Positions 43,272-52,192 of a stretch of DNA of 64,000 nt are shown piece after piece. The notes under the pieces were generated by a model. The model was not told where the DNA came from, searched no databases, and saw only the letters and a program-made list of their open reading frames with translations. Position 1 is the stretch's first letter; each line of letters opens with the position of its first letter. Source of the DNA: Bdellovibrionales bacterium (GTDB lineage Bacteria; Bdellovibrionota; Bdellovibrionia; Bdellovibrionales; UBA1609); the NCBI GenBank assembly GCA_027459485.1, contig DAIDIG010000008.1:7402-71401 (forward strand), read 5' to 3'. The translations under genes and the position numbers were made by a program.

Positions 43272-45194
43272 ATGGCGACAAAACTCGACGCAAAAGTACC
43301 TGGCGGCCCGATCGAAGAAAAGTGGGATAACCACCGCTTTGATATGAAGCTCGTCAATCCAGCCAACAAGCGCAAATTCGACATCATTGTTGTCGGTACG
43401 GGGCTTGCTGGCGCTTCGGCAGCGGCCTCATTAGCTGAGCTCGGATACAACGTAAAGAGTTTTTGCATCCATGATTCCCCGAGACGTGCGCATTCAATTG
43501 CTGCCCAGGGCGGCATCAACGCCGCGAAAAATTACCCGAACGACGGTGACTCGATTTATCGGCTTTTTTATGACACGGTCAAGGGCGGCGATTTCAGATC
43601 GCGCGAAGCGAATGTCTATCGCCTCGCTCAAATTTCGAACCACATTATCGATCATTGCGTCGCCCTAGGTGTCCCCTTTGCGCGCGAATACGGCGGGCTT
43701 TTATCGAACCGGTCATTTGGCGGCGCGCAAGTTTCGCGCACGTTTTATGCCCGCGGCCAAACGGGGCAGCAACTTCTACTGGGAGCCTACTCCTCCCTCA
43801 TGCGCCAAGTAGGCCTCGGCAAAGTCAGACTTTATCCGCGCCGAGAAATGCTTGACCTTGTAGTCGTCGACGGCAAAGCGCGCGGGATCACGTGTCGTAA
43901 CCTGATCACGGGTGAAATTGAATCTCATGAAGGGCATGCCGTGGTGCTCGCGACCGGCGGTTATGGCAACATATTTTTTCTCTCAACGAACGCAAAAAAT
44001 TCGAACGTCACGGCGAGCTGGCGCTGCCACAAAAAGGGCGCGCTCTTTGCAAATCCCTGTTTTACACAGATTCACCCGACATGCATCCCGGTTTCGGGCG
44101 ACTATCAATCGAAATTGACGCTGATGTCCGAGTCGCTTCGTAATGACGGGCGGGTATGGGTGCCAAAGCAAAAAGGCGACAAACGGTCTCCGCAAGACAT
44201 TCCCAATGAGGATCGTGATTATTATTTAGAGCGAATTTATCCAAGCTTTGGCAACCTTGTACCTCGCGATGTCGCCTCGAGACAGGCTAAATTTCGCGTG
44301 GACGAAGGGCGCGGAGTAGGCGACACGGGCGTCGCTGTATACCTTGATTTTCGTGACGCGATTAAGCGCCTCGGCGAAGAAGGGATCGCGGAAAAGTACG
44401 GAAATCTTTTTCAAATGTACGAAAAAATCACGGGCGAAAATCCGTACAAAGTGCCAATGCGGATTTACCCGGCGGTCCATTACACGATGGGTGGTTTGTG
44501 GGTTGATTACAACCTTATGAGTACGATCCCGGGGCTTCATGTTTTAGGTGAAGCGAACTTTTCAGATCACGGGGCCAACAGACTCGGCGCTTCGGCTCTC
44601 ATGCAGGGCCTTGCCGATGGGTATTTCGTCATCCCCTATACGCTTGGCAGCTACCTTGCATCTAGCAAACTCGAAAAGGTCACGACCGATCATTCGGCAT
44701 TTAAAGAAAGTCGGGCCGATGTGACAGCACGAATTGATAAGCTTCTTCACATGAAGGGTTCTCGCACGGTCGACGAGTTTCATCGGCACCTGGGTAAAAT
44801 CATGTGGGATAAAGTCGGCATGTCGCGCAACGCGAAGGGGCTCAAAGAGGCGATCAGTGAGATTCAAAAGTTGCGTGAAGAGTATTGGCAGGATGTGCAC
44901 GTATCAGGCGAACCCACTTATAAAAACGAGGATCTCGAAAAAGCGGGTCGCGTCGCCGATTTTCTTGAGCTCGGCGAGCTTCTCGCGCTCGATGCATTGA
45001 CGCGCGAAGAATCCTGTGGCGGCCATTTTCGTGAAGAATATCAGACCCCCGAAAACGAGGCGAAACGCGACGACGAACACTTCTGTTTCGTGTCGGCTTG
45101 GGAGCACGTATCGGGCGCAAAATCGAGCTGGCAGCTCGAAAAGGAACCGCTCGAATTTGAACATGTACACCTTGCTACGCGCAGCTACAAATAG
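43272..45194 (+). CDS. sdhA: Succinate dehydrogenase flavoprotein subunit
   Basis: 640-aa ORF with the FAD motif [12 protein letters not shown], the covalent-FAD His region [14 protein letters not shown], plus [10 protein letters not shown] and [10 protein letters not shown]. Confidence 0.96.
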   Translation: MATKLDAKVPGGPIEEKWDNHRFDMKLVNPANKRKFDIIVVGTGLAGASAAASLAELGYNVKSFCIHDSPRRAHSIAAQGGINAAKNYPNDGDSIYRLFYDTVKGGDFRSREANVYRLAQISNHIIDHCVALGVPFAREYGGLLSNRSFGGAQVSRTFYARGQTGQQLLLGAYSSLMRQVGLGKVRLYPRREMLDLVVVDGKARGITCRNLITGEIESHEGHAVVLATGGYGNIFFLSTNAKNSNVTASWRCHKKGALFANPCFTQIHPTCIPVSGDYQSKLTLMSESLRNDGRVWVPKQKGDKRSPQDIPNEDRDYYLERIYPSFGNLVPRDVASRQAKFRVDEGRGVGDTGVAVYLDFRDAIKRLGEEGIAEKYGNLFQMYEKITGENPYKVPMRIYPAVHYTMGGLWVDYNLMSTIPGLHVLGEANFSDHGANRLGASALMQGLADGYFVIPYTLGSYLASSKLEKVTTDHSAFKESRADVTARIDKLLHMKGSRTVDEFHRHLGKIMWDKVGMSRNAKGLKEAISEIQKLREEYWQDVHVSGEPTYKNEDLEKAGRVADFLELGELLALDALTREESCGGHFREEYQTPENEAKRDDEHFCFVSAWEHVSGAKSSWQLEKEPLEFEHVHLATRSYK

Positions 45195-45205
45195 AGGACG
45201 GAATA

Positions 45206-46003
45206 ATGGAGCACGGATCAAAAAACAAACTCAACTTGAAATTAAAAGTTTGGCGACAAAACGGGCCGAAAGAACCCGGCCACTTCATGGACTATGAAGC
45301 GAAAGACATTTCGACCGACATGTCGTTTCTAGAAATGCTAGATGTGATGAACAATGACTTGATTCGACAGGGCAAAACTCCTGTTGAATTCGACCACGAC
45401 TGTCGCGAAGGGATTTGCGGCGCCTGCTCGCTCGTGATTAACGGCAACCCGCATGGTCCGCAGCTGGGCACAACGACATGTCAGCTTCACATGCGGCATT
45501 TTAAAAACGGCGACGTTATTTATATTGAGCCGTTCGTCGCCCACTCATTTTCAGTTGTGCGCGATCTCGTGGTCGATCGAAGCGCTTTTGATCGCATCCA
45601 ACAGGCCGGCGGCTTTATTTCGGCAAATACGGGCAACGCGCAGGACGCCAATGCGCTACCCGTTAACAAAACAGATTCGGACGCCGCCTTTGATGCGGCG
45701 ACTTGTATCGGATGCGGTGCTTGTGTTGCGGCCTGCAAAAACGCATCTGCCAGTCTTTTTGTGGGAGCCAAAATCGCCCACCTCGCGCGGTTACCCCAAG
45801 GCCAACCGGAGCGCGACCGGCGAGCACTTGCTATGGTGGCACAAATGGATGCCGAAGGCTTCGGTTCGTGTACCAATACAAGCGCATGTTCTGCAGCGTG
45901 CCCAAAAGAAATAAGTGTCGATGTGATTGCGCAAATGAATCGCGATTACTTATGCGCAGTTGCCAAAGAACCGAAACACAAAGCTTTAACAGAATCCCCC
46001 TAA
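45206..46003 (+). CDS. sdhB: Succinate dehydrogenase iron-sulfur subunit
   Basis: 265-aa ORF with three Cys clusters: [21 protein letters not shown] and [12 protein letters not shown]. Confidence 0.95.
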   Translation: MEHGSKNKLNLKLKVWRQNGPKEPGHFMDYEAKDISTDMSFLEMLDVMNNDLIRQGKTPVEFDHDCREGICGACSLVINGNPHGPQLGTTTCQLHMRHFKNGDVIYIEPFVAHSFSVVRDLVVDRSAFDRIQQAGGFISANTGNAQDANALPVNKTDSDAAFDAATCIGCGACVAACKNASASLFVGAKIAHLARLPQGQPERDRRALAMVAQMDAEGFGSCTNTSACSAACPKEISVDVIAQMNRDYLCAVAKEPKHKALTESP

Positions 46004-46051
46004 ACTTATTAAAAATTATTGCCGAACAGGTAACCCATAAGGATTTCGGGG

Positions 46052-46327
46052 GTGTCTCCTATGGGTATGAAGTCGGTTGGCGAAATATTAAAAGAATTAG
46101 GGTTCAACAAAGACGCTCCTCGAGAAGCGCATATCGCATTTTTGAAACATCTGGCCAAAGCGGCGGATCAAACCGCCAACATCTATGAAATCCCATCAAT
46201 TGAAACTAAGCGCGAAAAAAAACGCGACTACAAAATCGGAGAGCAGCTAGATTTGTTCGGAGAATATCCGGATGATTCGAGAAATCTCTCAACGCGCAAA
46301 TTGACGAAGTCGGGCATATCGAGCTGA
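46052..46327 (+). CDS. Hypothetical small protein (existence uncertain)
   Basis: 91-aa ORF; the likely start is the ATG at 46061 or 46067, after GGGGG. Its last 100 nt overlap the 3' end of the convergent hydrolase gene. No family was recognised. Confidence 0.3.
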   Translation: MSPMGMKSVGEILKELGFNKDAPREAHIAFLKHLAKAADQTANIYEIPSIETKREKKRDYKIGEQLDLFGEYPDDSRNLSTRKLTKSGISS

Positions 46328-47169
46328 GTGCAATGTGAACCATATGGCACGAGTTGAAATTCGCTGCCTTTAATTTTTTTATTCATATCTTCCTGATACT
46401 TTTGCGGCGTAATTGAATCTTTCGCGCCGCTAATTATAAGTGTCGGTACTTCAATCCGCTCGTAAACGGGCCGGCCGTCATAATCCATCATATCTTGAAA
46501 TAGTCGCAAAAAAGCCGCCATATCGAGGGCGCTCACTCCGCGCAAATAGATCTCAATATCTTTAAGTGACGTGAGATGAATGTTGAAGCCGCCGAGAAGC
46601 GCAGCGAGTTGCACGGAGAAGGGATTGGCAGTGCCCTTTTCCCACAAATACGTAAGCGTTTCGGGTGCGTAATCAAATCCCGTTTTGAAATAGCGAAAGA
46701 GCTGACTCGCTACGCCGTTACCGAACATCCCAGTAATTGGGTCCGACGCAAAACCGTTAATAAAAACCAAATTATCAAAATATTGAGGGGCCAAGTCGTA
46801 AGCACGTATAAGAACTTGCGCTCCAAATGAATGGCCCCAAAAACTCGCGCGCTCGAGTTCAAGGTGATCCATGAGAAGGTTTAAGTCGCGGGCGAGACCG
46901 TCGATGGTCATGGATTCTCGGTCAACCGGCAGGTCGCTCTTATGGTGGCCCCGGTAATCAAAAACAATAGTTTTGTAAGAACCGGAAAAGGCTTTTATCT
47001 GATACTGCCAATGATTGATGAGGCAGCCGATTCCGTAGGCGAATACGAGCGGTTTTGCGGTATTATTCGGATCATCAGAGGGGCAACGAACTTCGTAGTA
47101 AATTCGGGTTCCGTCGAAACTTTTAAAATACCCGGTTCGTTTAATGACAGGCGCTCGCAAGTCACTCAT
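46228..47169 (-). CDS. Alpha/beta-fold hydrolase
   Basis: 313-aa ORF with the nucleophile elbow GHSFGA, a HG-type oxyanion region (VFAYGIG) and a C-terminal His (GSHCTQLD). Confidence 0.85.
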   Translation of the reverse strand: MSDLRAPVIKRTGYFKSFDGTRIYYEVRCPSDDPNNTAKPLVFAYGIGCLINHWQYQIKAFSGSYKTIVFDYRGHHKSDLPVDRESMTIDGLARDLNLLMDHLELERASFWGHSFGAQVLIRAYDLAPQYFDNLVFINGFASDPITGMFGNGVASQLFRYFKTGFDYAPETLTYLWEKGTANPFSVQLAALLGGFNIHLTSLKDIEIYLRGVSALDMAAFLRLFQDMMDYDGRPVYERIEVPTLIISGAKDSITPQKYQEDMNKKIKGSEFQLVPYGSHCTQLDMPDFVNLRVERFLESSGYSPNKSSCSPIL

Positions 47170-47897
47170 TCTTTATAACTGACCTTGATAATAGTATTCG
47201 AAATCTGAATTTCATCTCCCGCATGTAACGTCTCGGTCGCAGCGGGGGCGCCATTAAGTTTAACTTGTTTTGGATGAGGCGTCTCGTACAACGCAAGCCC
47301 ATCTCGAGGAGTGACCCTAAAGGCCAGGGGTGGTGAATCGAGCACGTGAAATTCAAGCGTGTCCTGACCGATTTCACGAGGTCCATAACCCATAACCCAT
47401 TGCGTTCCGATCTGGTCACCGCGCACCACAGTTAGGATCAAAAGCGGGTCAAACGGTATCAATGGAATTGGCTGATTTTTAACTTTACTTAAGGCCCGTT
47501 TTGCAAATCCGGCCAAGTATTCATCCCATGTAAGTGGCGTCTTACGCTTCGGCGGAGGCGGCGGTTCGATCGCTTTAATCGACTCGTGCAAGCCTGGCTG
47601 TGCGTCGGGGGCAGAAATCACCTCGATTGTAGTATTACCGGCGCGAAAGACAACGCCCTTAGTGAGCTCGATATGGGCCACGCGGCGCTTTTCTAGTCGA
47701 ATACCGTTTGTTGAGCCGAGATCCGTTAAAATGAGCTGCCCACTCTGATTACGTTCAATTCTTGCGTGGCGGCCCGACAACTTAGAGTCGGGAAATGAAA
47801 TTTGGGCTGTGCTCGCCCGCCCAATGACGGCGCCTTCAATTACGTCAAATGCTTGGCCTGTGGCAGGCCCCGATCGAATTATTAGCTGTAAGCGCAT
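47166..47897 (-). CDS. FHA-domain protein (canonical N-terminal FHA plus a degenerate C-terminal FHA-like module)
   Basis: FHA motif is VIGRASTAQISFPDSKLSGRHARIE...LTDLGSTNGIRL. Start set at the ATG at 47897 (MRLQLII...); the ORF-track start at 47948 is possible. Its stop overlaps the hydrolase start (ATGA). Confidence 0.8.
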   Translation of the reverse strand: MRLQLIIRSGPATGQAFDVIEGAVIGRASTAQISFPDSKLSGRHARIERNQSGQLILTDLGSTNGIRLEKRRVAHIELTKGVVFRAGNTTIEVISAPDAQPGLHESIKAIEPPPPPKRKTPLTWDEYLAGFAKRALSKVKNQPIPLIPFDPLLILTVVRGDQIGTQWVMGYGPREIGQDTLEFHVLDSPPLAFRVTPRDGLALYETPHPKQVKLNGAPAATETLHAGDEIQISNTIIKVSYKE

Positions 47898-48027
47898 CCC
47901 ATCGTTATATCTTAAAATACTGAAAGCTTGAACGGTCCCGATGAACATGTTAGAAACACGCCAATAATTTTATCGTCCTTGCTCCTGCGGCTATGTGTTC
48001 GGGGGCTTTAACCGAAAGGATACCTCG

Positions 48028-48567
48028 ATGTCTGAGGCTCAAAACGAAACTTCTGTACGCCATTATGAATCGGTGATCATTCTCCACCCAGATGTACCCG
48101 AAGCCGAGCAAAAGAACTTCTTTAAGAGAAATCAGTCTACAATCCAAAAATTTGGTGGCTCAATTCACCACATTGACACATGGGGCAAGCGCCGGCTCGG
48201 TAACCCAATTGAAAAATTGCGTCTAGGTACCTATTTTCATACGACATTTGAAGCCAAAGGCGAATGCGTAGCCGAACTTGAGCGCCTTATGCGGATTGAT
48301 GAACGCGTTTTGCGCTTTATTCACGTCCGGTTAGATGAGCGAAAGAGCTTGAGTCAACACGTCGAAGACTTTCATCGCACTTTGGCCGAAGCTCACAAGC
48401 GCGAACAAGAAAAAGAAGCCAAAGCACAAGCACGCCGCGCGGCTCAAGCCGGTGGTGGTGGGGGCGGGTTTGGCTCGCGAGGCCCACGAGAGGTCAATTA
48501 TGGTCCGAAGCGCGGTGGGTCTGCTGAAATGCCGGGCGAAGATGAAGAGTCGGGCGAGGAAATTTAG
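48028..48567 (+). CDS. rpsF: 30S ribosomal protein S6 with an extended C-terminal tail
   Basis: The ATG at 48028 is preceded by AAAGGA. The core reads RHYESVIILHPDV...IDTWGKRRLGNPI...GTYFHTTFEA..ELERLMRIDERVLRF. It is followed by a tail of about 80 aa ending GGGGGGFGSRG...EDEESGEEI. Confidence 0.9.
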   Translation: MSEAQNETSVRHYESVIILHPDVPEAEQKNFFKRNQSTIQKFGGSIHHIDTWGKRRLGNPIEKLRLGTYFHTTFEAKGECVAELERLMRIDERVLRFIHVRLDERKSLSQHVEDFHRTLAEAHKREQEKEAKAQARRAAQAGGGGGGFGSRGPREVNYGPKRGGSAEMPGEDEESGEEI

Positions 48568-49455
48568 TTGCAGAATAACACGCTAAAAGTACCAGTTTTA
48601 ATTCTGTGGTCCTTGGTATTGGCAGTTTTCACGGCCTTTTTGAGCGCAGCCCCGCTCAAAGCTGCGCGAACAGCCGTCGGCCAAGGCGTGTTTTGCGTCA
48701 TTGGCTTTGCACTCTGCACATCCTTTTTTATTCTTCACTTTTATGCTCTCGCTTTTGTCTTTGGCGCTCAGACCGTGCTGATTGCAGCTTATAGTGAGTT
48801 TGAAGAGCACGGTTTATCATTGCGTCAGTCCGCAATTCTCTCTGTATTTGTTGCTTCGCTGGCATCAGCATCCGCGTTTTTCTTGTGGGGTGCTTTTGAA
48901 AAGAAAAATCTATTTGAGATTTTCACCGGATGGATAGCCGAGTTCTTAAAGCGCGCGGCTGCCATGAAAATTCCTCTGTTTCAAGGCTTGAAGCCGGAAG
49001 TGCTGGTTTACCAACTGCCCTCCGGTCTCGTGATCTTTTTAATTTTATCTTTGGCATTTGCACTCATTTTGGATCGACCGATTTCTCGCTGGATGGGCAC
49101 GATCCAAAAGCCGAACAAAAAGCTCGCAGACTATACGAATCCTGATTTTTTCATTTGGATATTGATACTTTCGCTTCTCGGTACTTTTTTGAATTCTGCA
49201 ACGCGGCCCATACAAGAGGTGTCGCTTAATGTTCTGAATATTTCAATTCTTGCATACTTTTTTCAAGGGCTCGGTGTTCTCGGTAGCTATTTTGAAACTT
49301 TTCAAACAGGATTTTTGTGGCGGCTCGTGTGGATAGTCATTCTGGTCATCCAGCTGCCTATTGTTTTGAGCGCCGTTGGAGTTGTCGATTATTGGCTGGA
49401 ATTCCGCCGGCTGTTTATGAAAAAAGCGGCACAGTTAAAAAAGAAACGAGTTTAG
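48568..49455 (+). CDS. Polytopic membrane protein (YybS/DUF2232-like by position and topology)
   Basis: 295-aa ORF with a TTG start and multiple TM helices. It lies between rpsF and rplI, where I recall DUF2232 proteins sitting in other lineages. The family assignment is tentative. Confidence 0.55.
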   Translation: MQNNTLKVPVLILWSLVLAVFTAFLSAAPLKAARTAVGQGVFCVIGFALCTSFFILHFYALAFVFGAQTVLIAAYSEFEEHGLSLRQSAILSVFVASLASASAFFLWGAFEKKNLFEIFTGWIAEFLKRAAAMKIPLFQGLKPEVLVYQLPSGLVIFLILSLAFALILDRPISRWMGTIQKPNKKLADYTNPDFFIWILILSLLGTFLNSATRPIQEVSLNVLNISILAYFFQGLGVLGSYFETFQTGFLWRLVWIVILVIQLPIVLSAVGVVDYWLEFRRLFMKKAAQLKKKRV

Positions 49456-49463
49456 GAGTTATT

Positions 49464-49904
49464 ATGAAAGTGATTCTACAAAAAGACGTAAAGAATGTAG
49501 GCAAGGTTGGCGACGTGGTTAACGTTGCCCAAGGGTACGCGCGAAACTTTCTCTTCCCGAGAAAGCTGGCGACGGTAGCTGATGAAAGCAAAGTTCGGAT
49601 GTGGGAACATTTGAAGGCAGTTTCTGAAGCTAAGAAGAAAAAAGCATTGGCAGAGAGAAAGACTCTTCTTGAAAAGCTCGAGGGTGTGACACTGGAATTT
49701 AAAATGTCGGCGGGTGAAAAGGAAAAAATTTTCGGTTCCGTAACGGCGCATGATGTCTCTCGAGAGCTGGAAATGAAAGGTTTCTCAGTGGATCGTCGTG
49801 ACATTCACTTCGAGCCAATTAAATCACTTGGCCAGCATAAAGTGACAGTTGCCTTTGGCGAAGGGTTAAGCGCCGACCTCACTGTCGTAGTCGAAAAGGC
49901 TTAA
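49464..49904 (+). CDS. rplI: 50S ribosomal protein L9
   Basis: The ATG at 49464 is preceded by AGGAG. The N-terminus is MKVILQKDVKNVGKVGDVVNVAQGYARNFLFPRKLA. The upstream part of the ORF-track ORF (49317-49463) is only an open frame. Confidence 0.95.
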   Translation: MKVILQKDVKNVGKVGDVVNVAQGYARNFLFPRKLATVADESKVRMWEHLKAVSEAKKKKALAERKTLLEKLEGVTLEFKMSAGEKEKIFGSVTAHDVSRELEMKGFSVDRRDIHFEPIKSLGQHKVTVAFGEGLSADLTVVVEKA

Positions 49905-50105
49905 ATCGCAAACTGACGATAAAACATCTTGTAGGTAGTTCGCCATAACTGTGCGGATTTCGTCGAGTGTTGCGCGTGCGGGGTCAAGGCCCGCTTCATT
50001 TAATATCCGCGACAGTTCGGTTTCAGCAGGGCCCTGGGGCAACCCGGTTGCCGATACGATATTTGAAACTAACTCTTGACCTGTCTTCGTCATTTCAGCC
50101 TTCAT
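49866..50105 (-). CDS. Hypothetical small protein (existence uncertain)
   Basis: 79-aa ORF with ordinary amino-acid composition (..LSRILNEAGLDPARATLDEIRTVMANYLQDVL..). Its 3' end overlaps the rplI 3' end by 39 nt. No family was recognised. Confidence 0.35.
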   Translation of the reverse strand: MKAEMTKTGQELVSNIVSATGLPQGPAETELSRILNEAGLDPARATLDEIRTVMANYLQDVLSSVCDLSLFDYDSEVGA

Positions 50106-50181
50106 GGCAAACTGTGAATCGGCTCCATGCCGACATACAATGGACAGAGTCAGTACAACAAAAGGTTAGGTATTTTTCAAA

Positions 50182-50198
50182 TAGGCCGACCCGGCCTA
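50182..50198 (-). terminator. Possible hairpin terminator downstream of dnaB
   Basis: TAGGCCG-ACC-CGGCCTA forms a 7-bp GC-rich stem with a 3-nt loop. On the minus strand it is followed by only a short TTTG tract, so this is weak evidence. Confidence 0.3.
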
Positions 50199-50263
50199 GA
50201 CCTTCGGTTTATAGCCAATTATTTTAAATCTGGACTGCTGCCGGGGCTAAACCTATTTGGCTC

Positions 50264-51709
50264 TTAAAGCGTTGGTGCGAAATTCTTGGGCTTACTGGTG
50301 ACAGGCTGCAAGTGAGTGACGCGGTTATTGCCGCCGGATGGCTGCGGAGGCGTGGGAGCGGGTCCGCCAGTTGATTCGATATTGTTTTCAAAAAGGCCAT
50401 ACTCGGGTACCCAGCGTAGCTTCACAGTGCCAGTCGGGCCGTTTCTTTGCTTGCCGATAATCACTTCGGCAAGGCCTTTTATCTCTGGTGTATCGCGATC
50501 GTAGTAATCTTCGCGATAAAGCATCATTATAACATCAGCGTCCTGCTCGATCGAACCCGATTCACGCAAGTCTGAAAGCATGGGGCGGCGATCCGAGCGG
50601 CCTTCAACCCCTCGATTGAGCTGGGCGAGAGCAATGACGGGGATTTTTAATTCACGGGCGATACCTTTTAAAAGTTTCGATATTTCAGAGACTTCGCGTT
50701 CACGACTCTCGACCTTTTGTTTGAGACTCATCATCTGGAGGTAATCTACGATCAAAAGATCAAGACCATGTCGGGCCTTCATTCTTCTCGCTTTTGCGCG
50801 AATATCAAAAGGGCTGATCGCCGAGGTATCATCAATAAAAAGTGGGGCCTCGCTCATTCGTGCGGCGGTATTGATGAGCTTCGGCCATGCGTACTCGTCA
50901 ATACTGCCGCTTCTCAGTTGCCCTGCCGGAATGCGCGCTTCACTCGAAAGCATGCGCATCATCACCTGCTCTTTGGCCATCTCAACAGAAAAATATGCGA
51001 CTGTTTTTCGCTCTCGGAGGGACGCATTCATGGCGAGGTTAAGGCTAAAAGCCGTTTTGCCCATGGACGGACGTGCGGCGACAATAATAAGTTCACCAGG
51101 CTGAAACCCGGCCGTCATTCTATCAAGGTCAAAAAAGCCGGAACCAATTCCGGTGACGTCGCCTTTGAGAGCATAGAGTTGCTCCAATTTCTCTAGACTC
51201 AACTTCACCAGCTTAGAGGCGTCGACTAGATCACCCGACTGATTCTCTTCAGCAATTTTAAAAATAGCGGCTTCGAGCTCGTTTAGAAAGCCGTCGAGAT
51301 CCGGATACTCTTGAGTGTACGAGCGCTCAGCGAATTCTTGGCTCACCTGAATAATTTGGCGAAGGATCGATTTTTCACGCACAATTTGAGCATAACTTTT
51401 AATGTTCACGATGGACGGCGTTTGATCCATCATCTCTGCGAGATAGGTCGGACCGCCAACGGTGTCGAGCTGGTTGTTCTGCATTAGAAAATTAGAGATC
51501 GTAACAAGGTCAGTCGGTTGACCGCGCCGATTCAATTCGCGAACGGCTGTGAATATGGTCCGGTGGCTTGGTTTATAGAAGTCGTTCTCGGTCAAAATAT
51601 CTGAGACGTTGTCCCACGCGTCTTGTTCGAGCATAAGTCCGCCGAGCACGGATTGCTCAGCCGGAATATTTTGCGGAGGCACACGCGAATTGGCCTCGGA
51701 TATGCCCAT
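50264..51709 (-). CDS. dnaB: Replicative DNA helicase DnaB
   Basis: 481-aa ORF with N-terminal PPQNIPAEQSVLGG, the Walker A motif ARPSMGKTAFSLNLA, Walker B LLIVDYLQMM and the arginine-finger region LAQLNRGVEGR. Confidence 0.96.
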   Translation of the reverse strand: MGISEANSRVPPQNIPAEQSVLGGLMLEQDAWDNVSDILTENDFYKPSHRTIFTAVRELNRRGQPTDLVTISNFLMQNNQLDTVGGPTYLAEMMDQTPSIVNIKSYAQIVREKSILRQIIQVSQEFAERSYTQEYPDLDGFLNELEAAIFKIAEENQSGDLVDASKLVKLSLEKLEQLYALKGDVTGIGSGFFDLDRMTAGFQPGELIIVAARPSMGKTAFSLNLAMNASLRERKTVAYFSVEMAKEQVMMRMLSSEARIPAGQLRSGSIDEYAWPKLINTAARMSEAPLFIDDTSAISPFDIRAKARRMKARHGLDLLIVDYLQMMSLKQKVESREREVSEISKLLKGIARELKIPVIALAQLNRGVEGRSDRRPMLSDLRESGSIEQDADVIMMLYREDYYDRDTPEIKGLAEVIIGKQRNGPTGTVKLRWVPEYGLFENNIESTGGPAPTPPQPSGGNNRVTHLQPVTSKPKNFAPTL

Positions 51710-51812
51710 TTAGCCCCCCAAAGTCAGTAAAGAAAAGCGTACGCCCAAATCGCACGCTGAGTTTGCGGGGCTATGCTAAGACGTAAAACCAGATGACCCG
51801 CTGATGTCGAAG

Positions 51813-52169
51813 TTAAATAGAGCTGCGTTTATTTCTAGCCCTAATTTTATAAGTATCAATCTTTTTCTTTAAAGTGTTGCGATTGATGCCAAGGAGTTGA
51901 GCCGCACGAAGTTGGTTACCGCGGCAACTTTGCAGGGTGAGTTCAATCAACGGCTTTTCGACTTGCTCCATGACAATGTTGTACAAGCCGCTGATCTCAA
52001 CTTGGGCCGCCGTTTGCTGCTGAAATAACACCTCAAGCTTGCTCTTCACAAGTTTTTCTAAACTCACCGATTGCAAATTTGCCACAAACAAATGATCGGA
52101 ATTGTTATGAGACGGGTTGTTATAGGGTGGGGGATTGTGTTGGGTACCGGAGCTGGGTGAAGTCGCCAA
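51813..52169 (-). CDS. Fis-family helix-turn-helix DNA-binding protein
   Basis: 118-aa ORF with a TTG start preceded by GGAGG. The C-terminal Fis-type HTH reads GNQLRAAQLLGINRNTLKKKIDTYKI. The N-terminus is Pro/Asn/Ser-rich. Confidence 0.75.
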   Translation of the reverse strand: MATSPSSGTQHNPPPYNNPSHNNSDHLFVANLQSVSLEKLVKSKLEVLFQQQTAAQVEISGLYNIVMEQVEKPLIELTLQSCRGNQLRAAQLLGINRNTLKKKIDTYKIRARNKRSSI

Positions 52170-52192
52170 GGTTCAACCTCCAAAAAATTTTT

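Noticed and set aside
45703-46188. 161-aa plus-strand ORF in an alternative frame across the sdhB 3' end.
   Set aside because: It is out of frame with the sdhB Cys-cluster region and is Arg/Cys-rich, with no independent support.
47949-48027. Possible S6:S18-binding leader RNA upstream of rpsF.
   Set aside because: I could not fold a convincing conserved structure by eye, and rpsR is not in this operon. A covariance-model search would be required, so it is not reported as a feature.
49317-49463. Upstream extension of the rplI ORF. The same applies to the dapA extension at 56265-56306 and the rpsF extension at 47995-48027.
   Set aside because: The conserved N-termini begin at internal ATGs that have good SD sequences (AGGAG for rplI, AAAGGA for rpsF). 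The rplI and dapA extensions overlap the preceding genes.
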